DNA from: a virus
Taxonomy: Duplodnaviria; Caudoviricetes
Virus record (IMG/VR): IMGVR_UViG_3300001528_000580
Location: 96,001 to 160,000 of that record
Direction: 5' to 3' (one strand)
DNA length: 64,000 nucleotides
Part shown: one piece after another, positions 27,830 through 37,889 of the stretch
Position numbering within the stretch: the first letter of the stretch is position 1
How the letters are laid out: every line of letters starts with the position of its first letter
Program-made: the position numbers and the translations under genes
The notes under the pieces: generated by a model
The model's input: only the letters and a program-made list of their open reading frames with translations
Told to the model about the DNA's origin: nothing
Database searches by the model: none

Positions 27830-27843
27830 AACAATCAACCAAA

Positions 27844-28176
27844 TTATTTGTGCTCCACATGCGTACAATTTTCATCATGAATATGATTATGATCTTTATA
27901 AAGAGCATAACCAATAAAGATAATAGCAAACAAAATCATAATAGTTGTGATAATGTTAAACCAATTATGACTAATTTTGTGAAAGGTATTTTTCATTGCC
28001 CCGTACATTCCCTCTTGATGGGAAATAATATTTTTCACAGCACACTTTTTAGTGCAATGGGAGCATTCTTCTTTAGTGGCATGGCATTTACAAGTGCATT
28101 TCTTCCATAACCGAAGCCCAAAACCAAGAATTGCCATTCCTAAGCCAATTTCAATAACACCACCACACATACACAT
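27844..28176 (-). CDS. Cys/His-rich membrane protein
   Basis: two TM segments, CTCKCH..CSHC loop, HNHIH tail; AAGGAG RBS. Confidence 0.7.
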   Translation of the reverse strand: MCMCGGVIEIGLGMAILGFGLRLWKKCTCKCHATKEECSHCTKKCAVKNIISHQEGMYGAMKNTFHKISHNWFNIITTIMILFAIIFIGYALYKDHNHIHDENCTHVEHK

Positions 28177-28226
28177 TTTTTATTCTCCTTGCTTTTATAC
28201 ATAGGGTTTTTTATTTCCGTTATATT

Positions 28227-28259
28227 ATATACTATACAACAAAAACGAACTTTTTCAAG
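28227..28259 (-). promoter_or_regulatory. early promoter
   Basis: TTGAAA-16-(TTG)TATAGT. Confidence 0.7.
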
Positions 28260-28286
28260 TCCGTTTAAAGAAAAAATCATGTTTTT

Positions 28287-28724
28287 TTAATAGAATCTGC
28301 GAATGATGGGTTGTATTTCAAGTTTACTATATCTTCCAGAATGACTTATATAAAAATCTCCACATTTTACTCTGCCCCCTCTAAATACACCACATAAATC
28401 TCTTGATGCTATATGTAATTGTGATTCATAAATTATTAATCGATCAATTTCACAATTACATTTTTTACATAAATCTACATATTGACTCCACAGTTTTTCA
28501 CAATATTCGTTTGCAAAGTAGTTAAAAACTTCTTTTCTAACTTTTGCTTTATATAATTCTAATTGTTTTTGATAATCTTTTTCATATACTTTGCATGTTG
28601 GGAAATGATCAATAGCAAATCTTTTTTTGCGAAAATATGGATCTTCCAGCATAAGAAAATATTTTGGAATTAACCATGCAATGAATACCAAAATCCCAAT
28701 AAAAATAAACAATCCCATAACCAC
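28287..28724 (-). CDS. membrane-anchored hypothetical protein
   Basis: N-terminal TM. Confidence 0.7.
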   Translation of the reverse strand: MVMGLFIFIGILVFIAWLIPKYFLMLEDPYFRKKRFAIDHFPTCKVYEKDYQKQLELYKAKVRKEVFNYFANEYCEKLWSQYVDLCKKCNCEIDRLIIYESQLHIASRDLCGVFRGGRVKCGDFYISHSGRYSKLEIQPIIRRFY

Positions 28725-28746
28725 CCTCCAATCTTTTGTTTAAAAA

Positions 28747-29376
28747 TCAATCACTATCTTCCATATACATTATTGCAGAATCTATCCAAAATAATGCCAT
28801 ATTAATCTTCTTTTCAGTAGCATATGCTTTTTCAACTTCTTTATGAATATATTCATATTTCATAACATGAAATTCATCTCTCAAATCGCCATAACCATAT
28901 TTAAAATTATTTTTTCTAAATATATCCAATTGTTTTTTTGTTAACAATACAGTGATAATTTTTGGGCAATAACCTAAATATTTAATTATAACAAGATAAT
29001 TATCATCAATGCAAATATCACAATCATGAATTATGAGAACTTCTTTTTCTTCAATGATTTTATTATCTTCTTTAGTAGAAGCTGGAAGTCCTAAGATTTC
29101 GTTTACATCAAAATCTAATTGAATAATTTCAGGTTTTACATCTTCTTTCCAAAATCTAAAATCACAATCTCTAAAACTAAGACAATTTTTATATCCAATA
29201 GGAGCAAATGAAAATAATTTTTCGATATTTTTTAACCGTCTTTCAATTTTCAAACCATAAAGTTTTTCTTTTATACGCTGAAAATAATAACCACTATCTC
29301 CACCATCAAATTCAACTTCTGAATTTTCAATAGTTTCAGCAATTTTTAAAATATTGTCTTCAAGTTCTTTTTTCAT
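28747..29376 (-). CDS. hypothetical protein
   Basis: ORF track. Confidence 0.75.
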   Translation of the reverse strand: MKKELEDNILKIAETIENSEVEFDGGDSGYYFQRIKEKLYGLKIERRLKNIEKLFSFAPIGYKNCLSFRDCDFRFWKEDVKPEIIQLDFDVNEILGLPASTKEDNKIIEEKEVLIIHDCDICIDDNYLVIIKYLGYCPKIITVLLTKKQLDIFRKNNFKYGYGDLRDEFHVMKYEYIHKEVEKAYATEKKINMALFWIDSAIMYMEDSD

Positions 29377-29395
29377 ATTTTTCTCATTTTATTTT

Positions 29396-29602
29396 TTAAA
29401 CATTATAATAATTTTGATCAAAAGGTTCAAAATATTTTTTCTCTTTATTACATCTTTTGCATTTGATATGCTTTATAGGAACGTTACCTAAAACTCCAAT
29501 AGGATAATATTTAATTAATTTCCATTCATGAAAACAAAACAATTGTTTAAGAAAGTTTTTCATAATCAAATTCTCCATCATCTTTAAACAAAGAAAAGTC
29601 AT
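29396..29602 (-). CDS. small Zn-ribbon phage protein (LFC.H.W..C.RC.K; likely start MKNFLK)
   Basis: DUF1660-like motif. Confidence 0.6.
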   Translation of the reverse strand: MTFLCLKMMENLIMKNFLKQLFCFHEWKLIKYYPIGVLGNVPIKHIKCKRCNKEKKYFEPFDQNYYNV

Positions 29603-29951
29603 TGTTTTTTAATGCTTTTTGCAAACAAATAATATGAATCTTTTTCATTCTTAATTCTTTTTCAAGCTCTTTTACTTCTGATAATACATCATTTAAACTA
29701 TTTTGTATTTTAAATTTAAAGTAATCTTCTTTTGATTTAAATAGTTCAAATTCAAGTGCGCTAAAAGATTTAGAAATATTACCAGCCTTAATTTCTACTC
29801 TATAAAGATATTTAACTCCACTATGATATTCTTCATATATATCTTTATAATTATAATGTTTTTCTACTATATCTATAATCCTACATTTTTGTAGTGGTGG
29901 TAATCCTTTCCACGCATAAAATACTGTATCATTAATATTATATTTTTGCAT
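29547..29951 (-). CDS. hypothetical protein
   Basis: ORF track; RBS. Confidence 0.7.
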   Translation of the reverse strand: MQKYNINDTVFYAWKGLPPLQKCRIIDIVEKHYNYKDIYEEYHSGVKYLYRVEIKAGNISKSFSALEFELFKSKEDYFKFKIQNSLNDVLSEVKELEKELRMKKIHIICLQKALKNNDFSLFKDDGEFDYEKLS

Positions 29952-29963
29952 TATTTATCCTTA

Positions 29964-30389
29964 TTAAATATATTTATCTTTATGTTTGTTTTTATGTTTA
30001 ATAATGAAGTCTTTAATTTTTAACCAATCAATAGGTTCATAAAGAAAAGATTTATCATCAATATAAAAATCTGCAAATATTTTTCTTGAATCATTTTTCC
30101 ACTTTTCAATAATAATATTTGCATTCCTATTTATACAATCGTAATGAATATCATGATATTTGAGAAAATCAATTGCAACATTTAAACCGTCAAAGTAGTA
30201 GTTATCTCTACATGTCCAAATAATTATTTCTACATTTAAAATATCATGTAAAAAGTTAATTACTTCTTTTGCGTTTGGTTTTATCTCATTTGCATAATAC
30301 CAACAATTTTCATTTGTAATAGTTCCATCAAAATCAACAGCAAGAATTAGTTTCCGCTTGAAATTTAATTCTCCATCATATATTCTCAT
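29964..30389 (-). CDS. HAD-superfamily hydrolase (BT0820-like)
   Basis: AVDFDGTI, IIWTCR, RKIFADFYIDDK. Confidence 0.88.
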   Translation of the reverse strand: MRIYDGELNFKRKLILAVDFDGTITNENCWYYANEIKPNAKEVINFLHDILNVEIIIWTCRDNYYFDGLNVAIDFLKYHDIHYDCINRNANIIIEKWKNDSRKIFADFYIDDKSFLYEPIDWLKIKDFIIKHKNKHKDKYI

Positions 30390-30658
30390 TTATTTTTCCC
30401 TTTTATATATTTATTATAAAAAGCAGATGTTACAGTTGGTTTATCTTCATCATCACAAAACAAATCAATTTTCACATATCCACGTTCATCATAATTAGTA
30501 TCATCTACAAAATTATGCCAAATATTTTTTCCTTTGCACCATATGCAAGGAATTTGCTTTATAGATAATCCTTCTGTATATAATCTTTCATCAAACATAT
30601 TTACAATATAAACATGTTTGTTTTCACAAACGCATTGATAATATCCTTCGCAAGACAT
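30386..30658 (-). CDS. Zn-binding hypothetical protein
   Basis: EGYYQ..C.N.H..C..C..VD.TN. Confidence 0.7.
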   Translation of the reverse strand: MSCEGYYQCVCENKHVYIVNMFDERLYTEGLSIKQIPCIWCKGKNIWHNFVDDTNYDERGYVKIDLFCDDEDKPTVTSAFYNKYIKGKNK

Positions 30659-30668
30659 TTTTATTTCC

Positions 30669-31100
30669 CTATTTTATACATTTAGGTTTATCTTTTTTAG
30701 TTATTGCTGGATCGCAAATCCATGCTCCACCAACTTTTTCTAATTTTCCACAATGATTAGACCAATCTTCTCCCGCATTCATAAGAAGTTCAATTGCACT
30801 CCAAAATTCATCTTGTTTAATAGTAACATCAGAATAAAATGGACATTGTGAAACTTTATTATAAGATGATTTAAAATCTGCACAAATACAGCCTCCAGTT
30901 TTTGTATCTGTACGATAATTTCCAGCATATATTTCTACTTTGATTTCTGGTTTACAACCTAAGAAAGAAATATATTTATTACCAAATTTGTCAACCTCTT
31001 TATCTTCATACAGGACTTTAAATCCTTTAGATAAAAGATATTCTTTCCATTGGTTACAAATTTCAGTTACATCAATCTTTTTATTCTTCATATATATCAC
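30669..31100 (-). CDS. hypothetical protein
   Basis: ORF track. Confidence 0.7.
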   Translation of the reverse strand: MIYMKNKKIDVTEICNQWKEYLLSKGFKVLYEDKEVDKFGNKYISFLGCKPEIKVEIYAGNYRTDTKTGGCICADFKSSYNKVSQCPFYSDVTIKQDEFWSAIELLMNAGEDWSNHCGKLEKVGGAWICDPAITKKDKPKCIK

Positions 31101-31290
31101 CTGTTATTTCCCATTGTTTTGTTCCGTCTTCATATTCAATTAAATCAGCTTTTAATTTTCCTGAATAAAAATCTTTGCAAGCCTTGATGTATCCATATTT
31201 AAAACCTGTTTCGTTAGCTGATTTTACTGTCATTACAAAAGTTGCTAATATCGCAATAATTGCTATAATTATAATTATTTTGTCAATCAT
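31081..31290 (-). CDS. small membrane-anchored protein
   Basis: N-terminal hydrophobic helix; promoter at 31320-31351. Confidence 0.65.
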   Translation of the reverse strand: MIDKIIIIIAIIAILATFVMTVKSANETGFKYGYIKACKDFYSGKLKADLIEYEDGTKQWEITGDIYEE

Positions 31291-31365
31291 TTAAAATTTT
31301 CTTTCTAAAATTTCTATATTATAACATACACCATAAAAATAAAAATACAAACGAATTATAAAAAA

Positions 31366-31842
31366 TTATTGATTTTTTTGGGATTTAAAATATCTCAATA
31401 TTTCATCTTTTTCTTTTAGAACATTTTCATATTCTTGCATTGTATTTGTTTTACGAGCTACATATTCAGCAAATGTGATATTGAAATTTTTTAATCTCAT
31501 TTTTAAACGAAAATATTTATGTTTAAAGAAATAAAAATCTTCTGCACGTTTGAAATATTTATTTAATATTTTAACTTTAATTGGTATGAAACCAAATAAT
31601 CTTATAGTTTTTTTCTTTATTCCTAAAATTTTATTTTCATCATGTTCATATTTATATATTGTTTTTTGTTCTCTAATGGAACATGTATCTCCACCTAAAT
31701 AAATATTATAACTGTATGTTATTGTAATTAGCTTAGAATATTCACTTATAAAAGGTTTAACGGAAACTTTTATATCATTATCTGTACTTGATATTTTATC
31801 AAAATAATATCTTTTATCTTTATACTCAAAATAATCTTTCAT
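31366..31842 (-). CDS. hypothetical protein
   Basis: ORF track. Confidence 0.7.
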   Translation of the reverse strand: MKDYFEYKDKRYYFDKISSTDNDIKVSVKPFISEYSKLITITYSYNIYLGGDTCSIREQKTIYKYEHDENKILGIKKKTIRLFGFIPIKVKILNKYFKRAEDFYFFKHKYFRLKMRLKNFNITFAEYVARKTNTMQEYENVLKEKDEILRYFKSQKNQ

Positions 31843-31858
31843 TATTATTTCCTATTTA

Positions 31859-32497
31859 TTATTTATCTTTAATTTCTATTTCAATCTTATTGCCAAAATA
31901 GTTGAATTTTAATTTAGATTGATTGAAAAAATCTTCTGCAATATTTTTAAATTTATTCATTGTTTGTTCGTTTATTTTATTATCTTTTTGCGTAGATATT
32001 AAATTACGAATATCATCTTCAACAATATATGCAGAAGTGATATTACCAAAATGATTATAAAATTTTACCTTATATCCGTTCTCACCATAACAGCTAATTG
32101 AATCACCGTTGTAAGTTTCATGATCTTCTGTTAATTTTAATTTATTAATAATTTCTGCATTAACATATCCTACATGATCCATAGTATAATCATAAAAACA
32201 AATTATATCTCCAATATTATATTTATATTTATGATTATCTTTTTCCGAACAACTTAAAGCATCATCTATAGTTTCATATTTCTTTCCACAAGTTTTACAA
32301 ATTTTTTGTTCTTCAATAATTTTATCTATTGTTAAATTCCATAAAGTTTCAAGTTCTTTTTGTCTATTAAAAATTTCTTTAATATCAGGACATGGAATAG
32401 AAAATCTATTTGCTTTTCCACAATTACAATTCAATGAGATTATTTCAACATTATAATTAAAATTAGGTTCTTCATGACATCCAGTACATTTATACAT
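31859..32497 (-). CDS. Zn-finger protein related to 2419..2877
   Basis: CKTCG..Y....A..C.EKD...KYNIGD. Confidence 0.75.
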   Translation of the reverse strand: MYKCTGCHEEPNFNYNVEIISLNCNCGKANRFSIPCPDIKEIFNRQKELETLWNLTIDKIIEEQKICKTCGKKYETIDDALSCSEKDNHKYKYNIGDIICFYDYTMDHVGYVNAEIINKLKLTEDHETYNGDSISCYGENGYKVKFYNHFGNITSAYIVEDDIRNLISTQKDNKINEQTMNKFKNIAEDFFNQSKLKFNYFGNKIEIEIKDK

Positions 32498-32520
32498 AAT
32501 ATTTTTCCTTTTTTATTAAT

Positions 32521-32913
32521 TTATGAAAAATCTCCTACAATATAATCATAAGTTCCATTTCCATGTCCAATACATCGTGAATCTAATGTTGACCTTTTTA
32601 AATTATTTAACTCATATTCGGCATTATTTTTTTCACATGAAGAAATTTGATTAGAATTATCTATGTTTCTATTTTCGATAATTCTAATCATTTCGTTGTA
32701 ACTGATCTTTCTATCATATTCATCTACAATATGTGATTTATTGTTATCAATTAATTTAAATATTTTTTTCCAATCATCCAAATTATTTATTCCCTTTTCA
32801 GGAATAACATGCAATTGAAAACACCAACCATAACTTGATAATCCTATATGAATAAGATGATCAAATTTTTCTCCTAACATTGATTTTTCTTTAATATAAT
32901 AATTTGTACTCAT
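32521..32913 (-). CDS. conserved phage protein (M.TNYY..HIG.SS.GW.F)
   Basis: motif; RBS. Confidence 0.8.
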   Translation of the reverse strand: MSTNYYIKEKSMLGEKFDHLIHIGLSSYGWCFQLHVIPEKGINNLDDWKKIFKLIDNNKSHIVDEYDRKISYNEMIRIIENRNIDNSNQISSCEKNNAEYELNNLKRSTLDSRCIGHGNGTYDYIVGDFS

Positions 32914-32931
32914 AATTTTGAAATCCTTATA

Positions 32932-33279
32932 TCAGTTTTTGTATTTATTATGCCAACTTACATTCATATAATAACGCTCATTGACAATAATCTTAACATC
33001 ATATCCTAAAGTTTCAAGAGTTGATGCAATGCAACCAATTTCCTTATTATTAAGCCTGAAAAAAGTTTGAAGTAAATTTACATTTATCTCCGATTTTTTA
33101 TTTGATTCTTTTTTAATTTTGTTAATAATCTGTTTTAATTTTTTGTTAACACGTTTATAATTTATTTTGTCTTTACCATTATTAAAATTATTTTTAGCAT
33201 CTTCTGCTGTAAACATTTCAACATTGATATTTTCATCAATAATAAACGGAACATCTATCTTTATTGAATTACTCATCAT
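32932..33279 (-). CDS. hypothetical protein
   Basis: ORF track. Confidence 0.7.
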   Translation of the reverse strand: MMSNSIKIDVPFIIDENINVEMFTAEDAKNNFNNGKDKINYKRVNKKLKQIINKIKKESNKKSEINVNLLQTFFRLNNKEIGCIASTLETLGYDVKIIVNERYYMNVSWHNKYKN

Positions 33280-33791
33280 TATTTCCTTTTTGCAGTTTTA
33301 CAAAGTAGTACATTATCTTTCGGATAATATTCAACAATATAATCACCAATATTTTTATCATTTCCATCAAGAAGAGTAATAAGATCTATTTCTTTAACAA
33401 ATCTTCTAATCTTTTCAATTTTAAAAAATTGTCTACCGTTTTCTAAACTTGTTGTTACTTTATGTGTTAAAGCATATCTTTTCACAAATTTGTTTAATAA
33501 ATTACAAAATTGTGGTCTGATTTTTTCTAATTCTTCTTCTAACTTAATGTTATATATAGATTCAGGAATATTTTCTTCTTTAGTAATATTTAATCTATCT
33601 TGAAAAAATGAACCTTCGTAAATAAATTCTTTTCGTTTTTTGGACTTATTATTTATAATTGGTTTAATCAAATTTAAAGTTACATCTTCATTTGATTTTT
33701 TAAATCCTGATTTTAACAAAATAATTGTAACAGTTATTAAAAAATAACTAAAAATCATTACGATTAACAAAGCTGGGAAATTATTTGGCAT
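33279..33791 (-). CDS. membrane-anchored hypothetical protein
   Basis: N-terminal TM. Confidence 0.7.
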   Translation of the reverse strand: MPNNFPALLIVMIFSYFLITVTIILLKSGFKKSNEDVTLNLIKPIINNKSKKRKEFIYEGSFFQDRLNITKEENIPESIYNIKLEEELEKIRPQFCNLLNKFVKRYALTHKVTTSLENGRQFFKIEKIRRFVKEIDLITLLDGNDKNIGDYIVEYYPKDNVLLCKTAKRK

Positions 33792-33803
33792 TAATCTATA
33801 TCC

Positions 33804-34244
33804 TTATTTAATTTCAAACAAAATAGTGACATCTTTATTTTCTGCATTCAAATCAAACTGTTTTTTCTTTAACAACTTTCTAAAGTCTAATCTTCCATAT
33901 ACAAAATCATCAAGATACGTTTTGGAAATTTCTTTGATTTTTTCAGGGACAATATTTTTATTATAAAATCTATCATAAATAATATCAAGATGATTTTTAA
34001 CATCTTCATCTTCTTCCATTTGCTTTTCATCAATCAACTCATAGCAAATCCACATAAAATAATGGCACATTTGTTTTAATGATACTGCAAAATTAATAAA
34101 ATTATATGCATCCAACAATTGATCGGGTGATGAAGTATTGTTTTGAATATCATTGGATACTTCTTTATATTTTTCTGACAAAAAGATGTTTTGTTCTTCA
34201 ATTATTTCTTTTTGACGACTGATTGCTTTTTGGAATTTATTCAT
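33804..34244 (-). CDS. hypothetical protein
   Basis: ORF track; GAGG RBS. Confidence 0.7.
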   Translation of the reverse strand: MNKFQKAISRQKEIIEEQNIFLSEKYKEVSNDIQNNTSSPDQLLDAYNFINFAVSLKQMCHYFMWICYELIDEKQMEEDEDVKNHLDIIYDRFYNKNIVPEKIKEISKTYLDDFVYGRLDFRKLLKKKQFDLNAENKDVTILFEIK

Positions 34245-34258
34245 ATAGATTAACCTCT

Positions 34259-34567
34259 TTATTTTTTTAATTCATCCAAACTTTGAATGAGATTTTCATA
34301 AACTTTGATAACTTCTTTTATCTCTTTTCTCATTTCACTAATCATATAATCAGTTACTTCTTTAATTTTATCTTTGTCTGGATTAATCAAATTAACCAAA
34401 TATTGACCGTCTGATTTTATGATTTCACCAATATTATCTTTGAAAACGTCCCAACCATTTACAACATATCGATCACCATCATCATAAATATCTGTGGTTT
34501 CTTTTTTAATAAAATCCATCCGTTTATTGGCTCTATTCCATGTAAGATACAATTGTACTACTTTCAT
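34259..34567 (-). CDS. hypothetical protein
   Basis: ORF track. Confidence 0.7.
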   Translation of the reverse strand: MKVVQLYLTWNRANKRMDFIKKETTDIYDDGDRYVVNGWDVFKDNIGEIIKSDGQYLVNLINPDKDKIKEVTDYMISEMRKEIKEVIKVYENLIQSLDELKK

Positions 34568-34633
34568 AATATACCTTTATATTATAGTTATTAATAATAT
34601 AACTCTTAAACAATTATTTTCAAGTTATAAATA

Positions 34634-35320
34634 TTATTTTTCATTTAAAAAAGTTATAATTTCCATAACTTTTTTTGCAATTTTCTTCATTGAAGAAACA
34701 TATATTAAATTTATTTTATTATCTAATCTGTTATTATGTATTGTTAACATCAATTCTCTCATTGCAGAACCAAATGTTAAACAATCAGGAGCCATACTTA
34801 ATGTAATGGTAGGTATCTTATATTCACGAAATACATTACCATCATTAAATGGCATTTTTCCTTTTTTACAATCATATAAACAATCTTTTAATTTATAAAT
34901 ATTATTGTCAACATGTATAACACCATTTAATCCAACAACGTCTAAATTGATTACAGCGTTAATTTTCTTTTTGTTTAACTTCATATATAAATCAACACCA
35001 CGACCACCAAGTTCTTCTTTATCTGTAAAAACAATTTCAACATTATCAGGAACTTTGTTTATTAATTTTAACAAACAAACAAGGCTGCTACTATTATCAT
35101 TGTAACCAAAACTATTTGGAACAACATCATAATGAGCAACCAAAACAATAATATTATCACTTACTTTTGCAGGAATAATAATATCAAATGTATTTCTATC
35201 ATCATTCCATATCTCATGATATATACTATCATCAGATAATAAACTGATTATTTTATTTCTTCTTTCATCAGTTTTGTTATCTGAAATATATTTTAAAAGT
35301 TTTTTCCAAGATCTAATCAT
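34634..35320 (-). CDS. M28-family Zn peptidase
   Basis: VAHYD, GYNDNSS, FTDKEE.G..G, INLDVVG, IH...D metal-ligand set. Confidence 0.88.
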   Translation of the reverse strand: MIRSWKKLLKYISDNKTDERRNKIISLLSDDSIYHEIWNDDRNTFDIIIPAKVSDNIIVLVAHYDVVPNSFGYNDNSSSLVCLLKLINKVPDNVEIVFTDKEELGGRGVDLYMKLNKKKINAVINLDVVGLNGVIHVDNNIYKLKDCLYDCKKGKMPFNDGNVFREYKIPTITLSMAPDCLTFGSAMRELMLTIHNNRLDNKINLIYVSSMKKIAKKVMEIITFLNEK

Positions 35321-35897
35321 TCATTTTTTCTTTTTGTTTTATCATAGTTCCAATCGTAAAGTAATCTATTGGTTTGAATCCTTTTCTATGAAGTTTATAT
35401 GCAAATTTATCAATATGTCTCATATAACCGAAAATAGCGCCAAAATTCTTATAATGTTCTACGATTTTTTTATATAAGTCTTGTATTGAAACATTATAAT
35501 TGCATTCTGATATTACTTCTAAGATATGAAATTCATTTGTAACATCAAAATTAATAATTCCATCGATATATTTCATTAATCTTTCATCTGGCTTAACATT
35601 ATGTTCTTTCAAATAATGAATATATCCTGATGGAATAACAAACGATACATCTCCAAATTCTACTTTTGATTCAGAACTTCCGTTATTCATATCACAAATT
35701 CTGCAATATGAATCTCCATGATAACTGGTTATATATCCATTGTTATAAACTGTTTCAATAGCTTCAATTACAATCTTTTTATATTCTTCTGTAACATTCC
35801 AACTATTTTCAATAGGAATAGGAAATCTTTTTGAATCATAAGAGTTATATTTGATATCTTCCCAATAAAGATAAATTAAATTATTTCTATTGTTCAT
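35313..35897 (-). CDS. conserved metal-binding hypothetical protein
   Basis: G.S.CRIC...NG..E..P.GY.HY..EH.V.P. Confidence 0.75.
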   Translation of the reverse strand: MNNRNNLIYLYWEDIKYNSYDSKRFPIPIENSWNVTEEYKKIVIEAIETVYNNGYITSYHGDSYCRICDMNNGSSESKVEFGDVSFVIPSGYIHYLKEHNVKPDERLMKYIDGIINFDVTNEFHILEVISECNYNVSIQDLYKKIVEHYKNFGAIFGYMRHIDKFAYKLHRKGFKPIDYFTIGTMIKQKEKMND

Positions 35898-36282
35898 TAA
35901 TTTTATTACTACTATTTAAATATTCTGAGTCTTTTAAGAAAAAGTATACATTACAAAACTGTATACCTCCTTTATATTTAACGTTTATTTTATATACTTT
36001 ATTATCTTGATCTTTTACATTACCAAAATATTGGTTTAATTCTTTTTGAAATTTAAAATCATTAAATTCAATTTTTTTATCATAATAGAACAAACAATAT
36101 TCAACTATCATTGATTTTATTTGATCTTCTGTATAATATTGAATTCTTTTTCCACCTCTACCAATTTCATGATCTACATTAACAAATTCTTTTGGAATAT
36201 TATTATCTGAACATCCGGTAATGATGAATGAGAATATTACAAAAAACATCAAAGATAACATTTTTATTTTATTCATTTTCAT
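35887..36282 (-). CDS. putative lipoprotein
   Basis: basic N-terminus, hydrophobic core, IITG-C lipobox; start 36282 after AAGGA. Confidence 0.65.
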   Translation of the reverse strand: MKMNKIKMLSLMFFVIFSFIITGCSDNNIPKEFVNVDHEIGRGGKRIQYYTEDQIKSMIVEYCLFYYDKKIEFNDFKFQKELNQYFGNVKDQDNKVYKINVKYKGGIQFCNVYFFLKDSEYLNSSNKINEQ

Positions 36283-36292
36283 GATTACATCC

Positions 36293-37789
36293 TTAATTTT
36301 TATTTTCAATTTTATAGTTAATAAAATCTCCAATAGTAACATCATAAATTTTCTTGTTGCTATTGTCATTACAAAAATGAACTAATTTTTCTACCATAGA
36401 CAAACGTTCAATAAACGTATTATAATCATAAGTAGATTTACAAAATCTAATTTCTACAGTATTTTCATTAGTGAAATTTACAGCATCACAATGAGCAGAC
36501 GAATCTCTTACTCCCCATTGATCTTCATTTTTATAATGTTTTTGGCAATAACCACCAAATTCTCTTCCCCCTATTTGTTGAAAATAATGTTCGTTATTAT
36601 TCACAATATAATCTAAAAGAGCAATAGAAATATTGTTTTTAAATGCCGTTCTATTTACGTGAAAATGCAGTCCACAATTGTTTACATCATTAACATCATT
36701 TTCATTTAAATGACGAAACAAATCTTTCCATTCATTATTACAATGATATTCGTATGTCGCTGGATGAGAAACAATCTCTACTCCACGAGTACAACTGAGA
36801 CTTCCATCTTGTTTGAAATAAAAGAACTTATTTTTATATACGTTTCTCAAAAAATTATTCCGTTCATATCTTTCATTTCCTTGAATTTCTAATTCAACAC
36901 CAATAAAGATGTTTTTATTTTGACCTACTACGGAATAAAAATGTGGATTAGGTTTATGAAAATAACTGGCAATAGCAATTTGTTCAAAACAACTATCACA
37001 AGGATCATTATGACCATTTTTATCTACATAATGACCACAAGTGTTACACTTTTTTGCATGATTGTTAATACAATTATCACAATACAAATACAAGATAAAT
37101 TCATTTTTTTTCGATATTGGATAATACTTATTACAGTCATAACATTCAAAATACTTGTTGTTGATACACGCAGTACAAAGACGTTTTTTTGTACCATCAA
37201 AAAGTGTGATAGTTTCAATATCATTCAGACTATTACATTCTTCACATGCTTCAAAATCTTTAGCGCACTTATTGCAATAAAATTTATTAATAATCCAATT
37301 TCTATCAACTTTATATTCATTTTTGAAAGTAGTGTCTATGAGACTATCACATTTTTCGCATTGAATAAGATAACTATTTGCACAACGTTTACAATAATAC
37401 CGTCCATTTATCTTAACAGTGTTAGGATTATTTTTCCAAACAATAGTAGTACAACGTTTACAATGTGCGCCAATATTGTTTAAGCATTGCTTACAAATAT
37501 ATTTGTCATTATAAGGATAGATTTCATCCGAAGAATGGTGTTTTCTGCAAGCCATACACTTGTATTTTTTATTTTTATCAAGATGAAAATGATTTTCAAA
37601 GCATTTATTACACATTTTCCAACCTCTAAATCTTCTGAAATTATCTTTGAAATCGTATGTACAGCAATTGCCGCACGAACAAATCTCATCGTTATTATTT
37701 AATTTATCATAACATTCACGACAGATATACTGGTCATTTCCGAAATTATAAAAGAAGGTAATAGTAGCTCCGCAATGACAACATTTCAT
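36293..37789 (-). CDS. putative amidoligase (Amidoligase_2/COOH-NH2 ligase) with ~8 N-terminal Zn fingers
   Basis: IGVELEI, KQDGSL, GVEIVSHP, CGLHFH, TVEIRF; ~16 CxxC; start MKCCHC after RBS. Confidence 0.85.
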   Translation of the reverse strand: MKCCHCGATITFFYNFGNDQYICRECYDKLNNNDEICSCGNCCTYDFKDNFRRFRGWKMCNKCFENHFHLDKNKKYKCMACRKHHSSDEIYPYNDKYICKQCLNNIGAHCKRCTTIVWKNNPNTVKINGRYYCKRCANSYLIQCEKCDSLIDTTFKNEYKVDRNWIINKFYCNKCAKDFEACEECNSLNDIETITLFDGTKKRLCTACINNKYFECYDCNKYYPISKKNEFILYLYCDNCINNHAKKCNTCGHYVDKNGHNDPCDSCFEQIAIASYFHKPNPHFYSVVGQNKNIFIGVELEIQGNERYERNNFLRNVYKNKFFYFKQDGSLSCTRGVEIVSHPATYEYHCNNEWKDLFRHLNENDVNDVNNCGLHFHVNRTAFKNNISIALLDYIVNNNEHYFQQIGGREFGGYCQKHYKNEDQWGVRDSSAHCDAVNFTNENTVEIRFCKSTYDYNTFIERLSMVEKLVHFCNDNSNKKIYDVTIGDFINYKIENKN

Positions 37790-37830
37790 TTTGAATTTCC
37801 TTAAATAAAAAATTCTTGTTTTTGTTTGTA

Positions 37831-37863
37831 ATATACTATACACCAAAAACAAGAAAATACAAG
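37831..37863 (-). promoter_or_regulatory. early promoter of the amidoligase-lipoprotein-M28 operon
   Basis: TTGTAT-16-(TGGTG)TATAGT. Confidence 0.75.
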
Positions 37864-37889
37864 TATATTTTTTATTTTTTTGCTATTTT

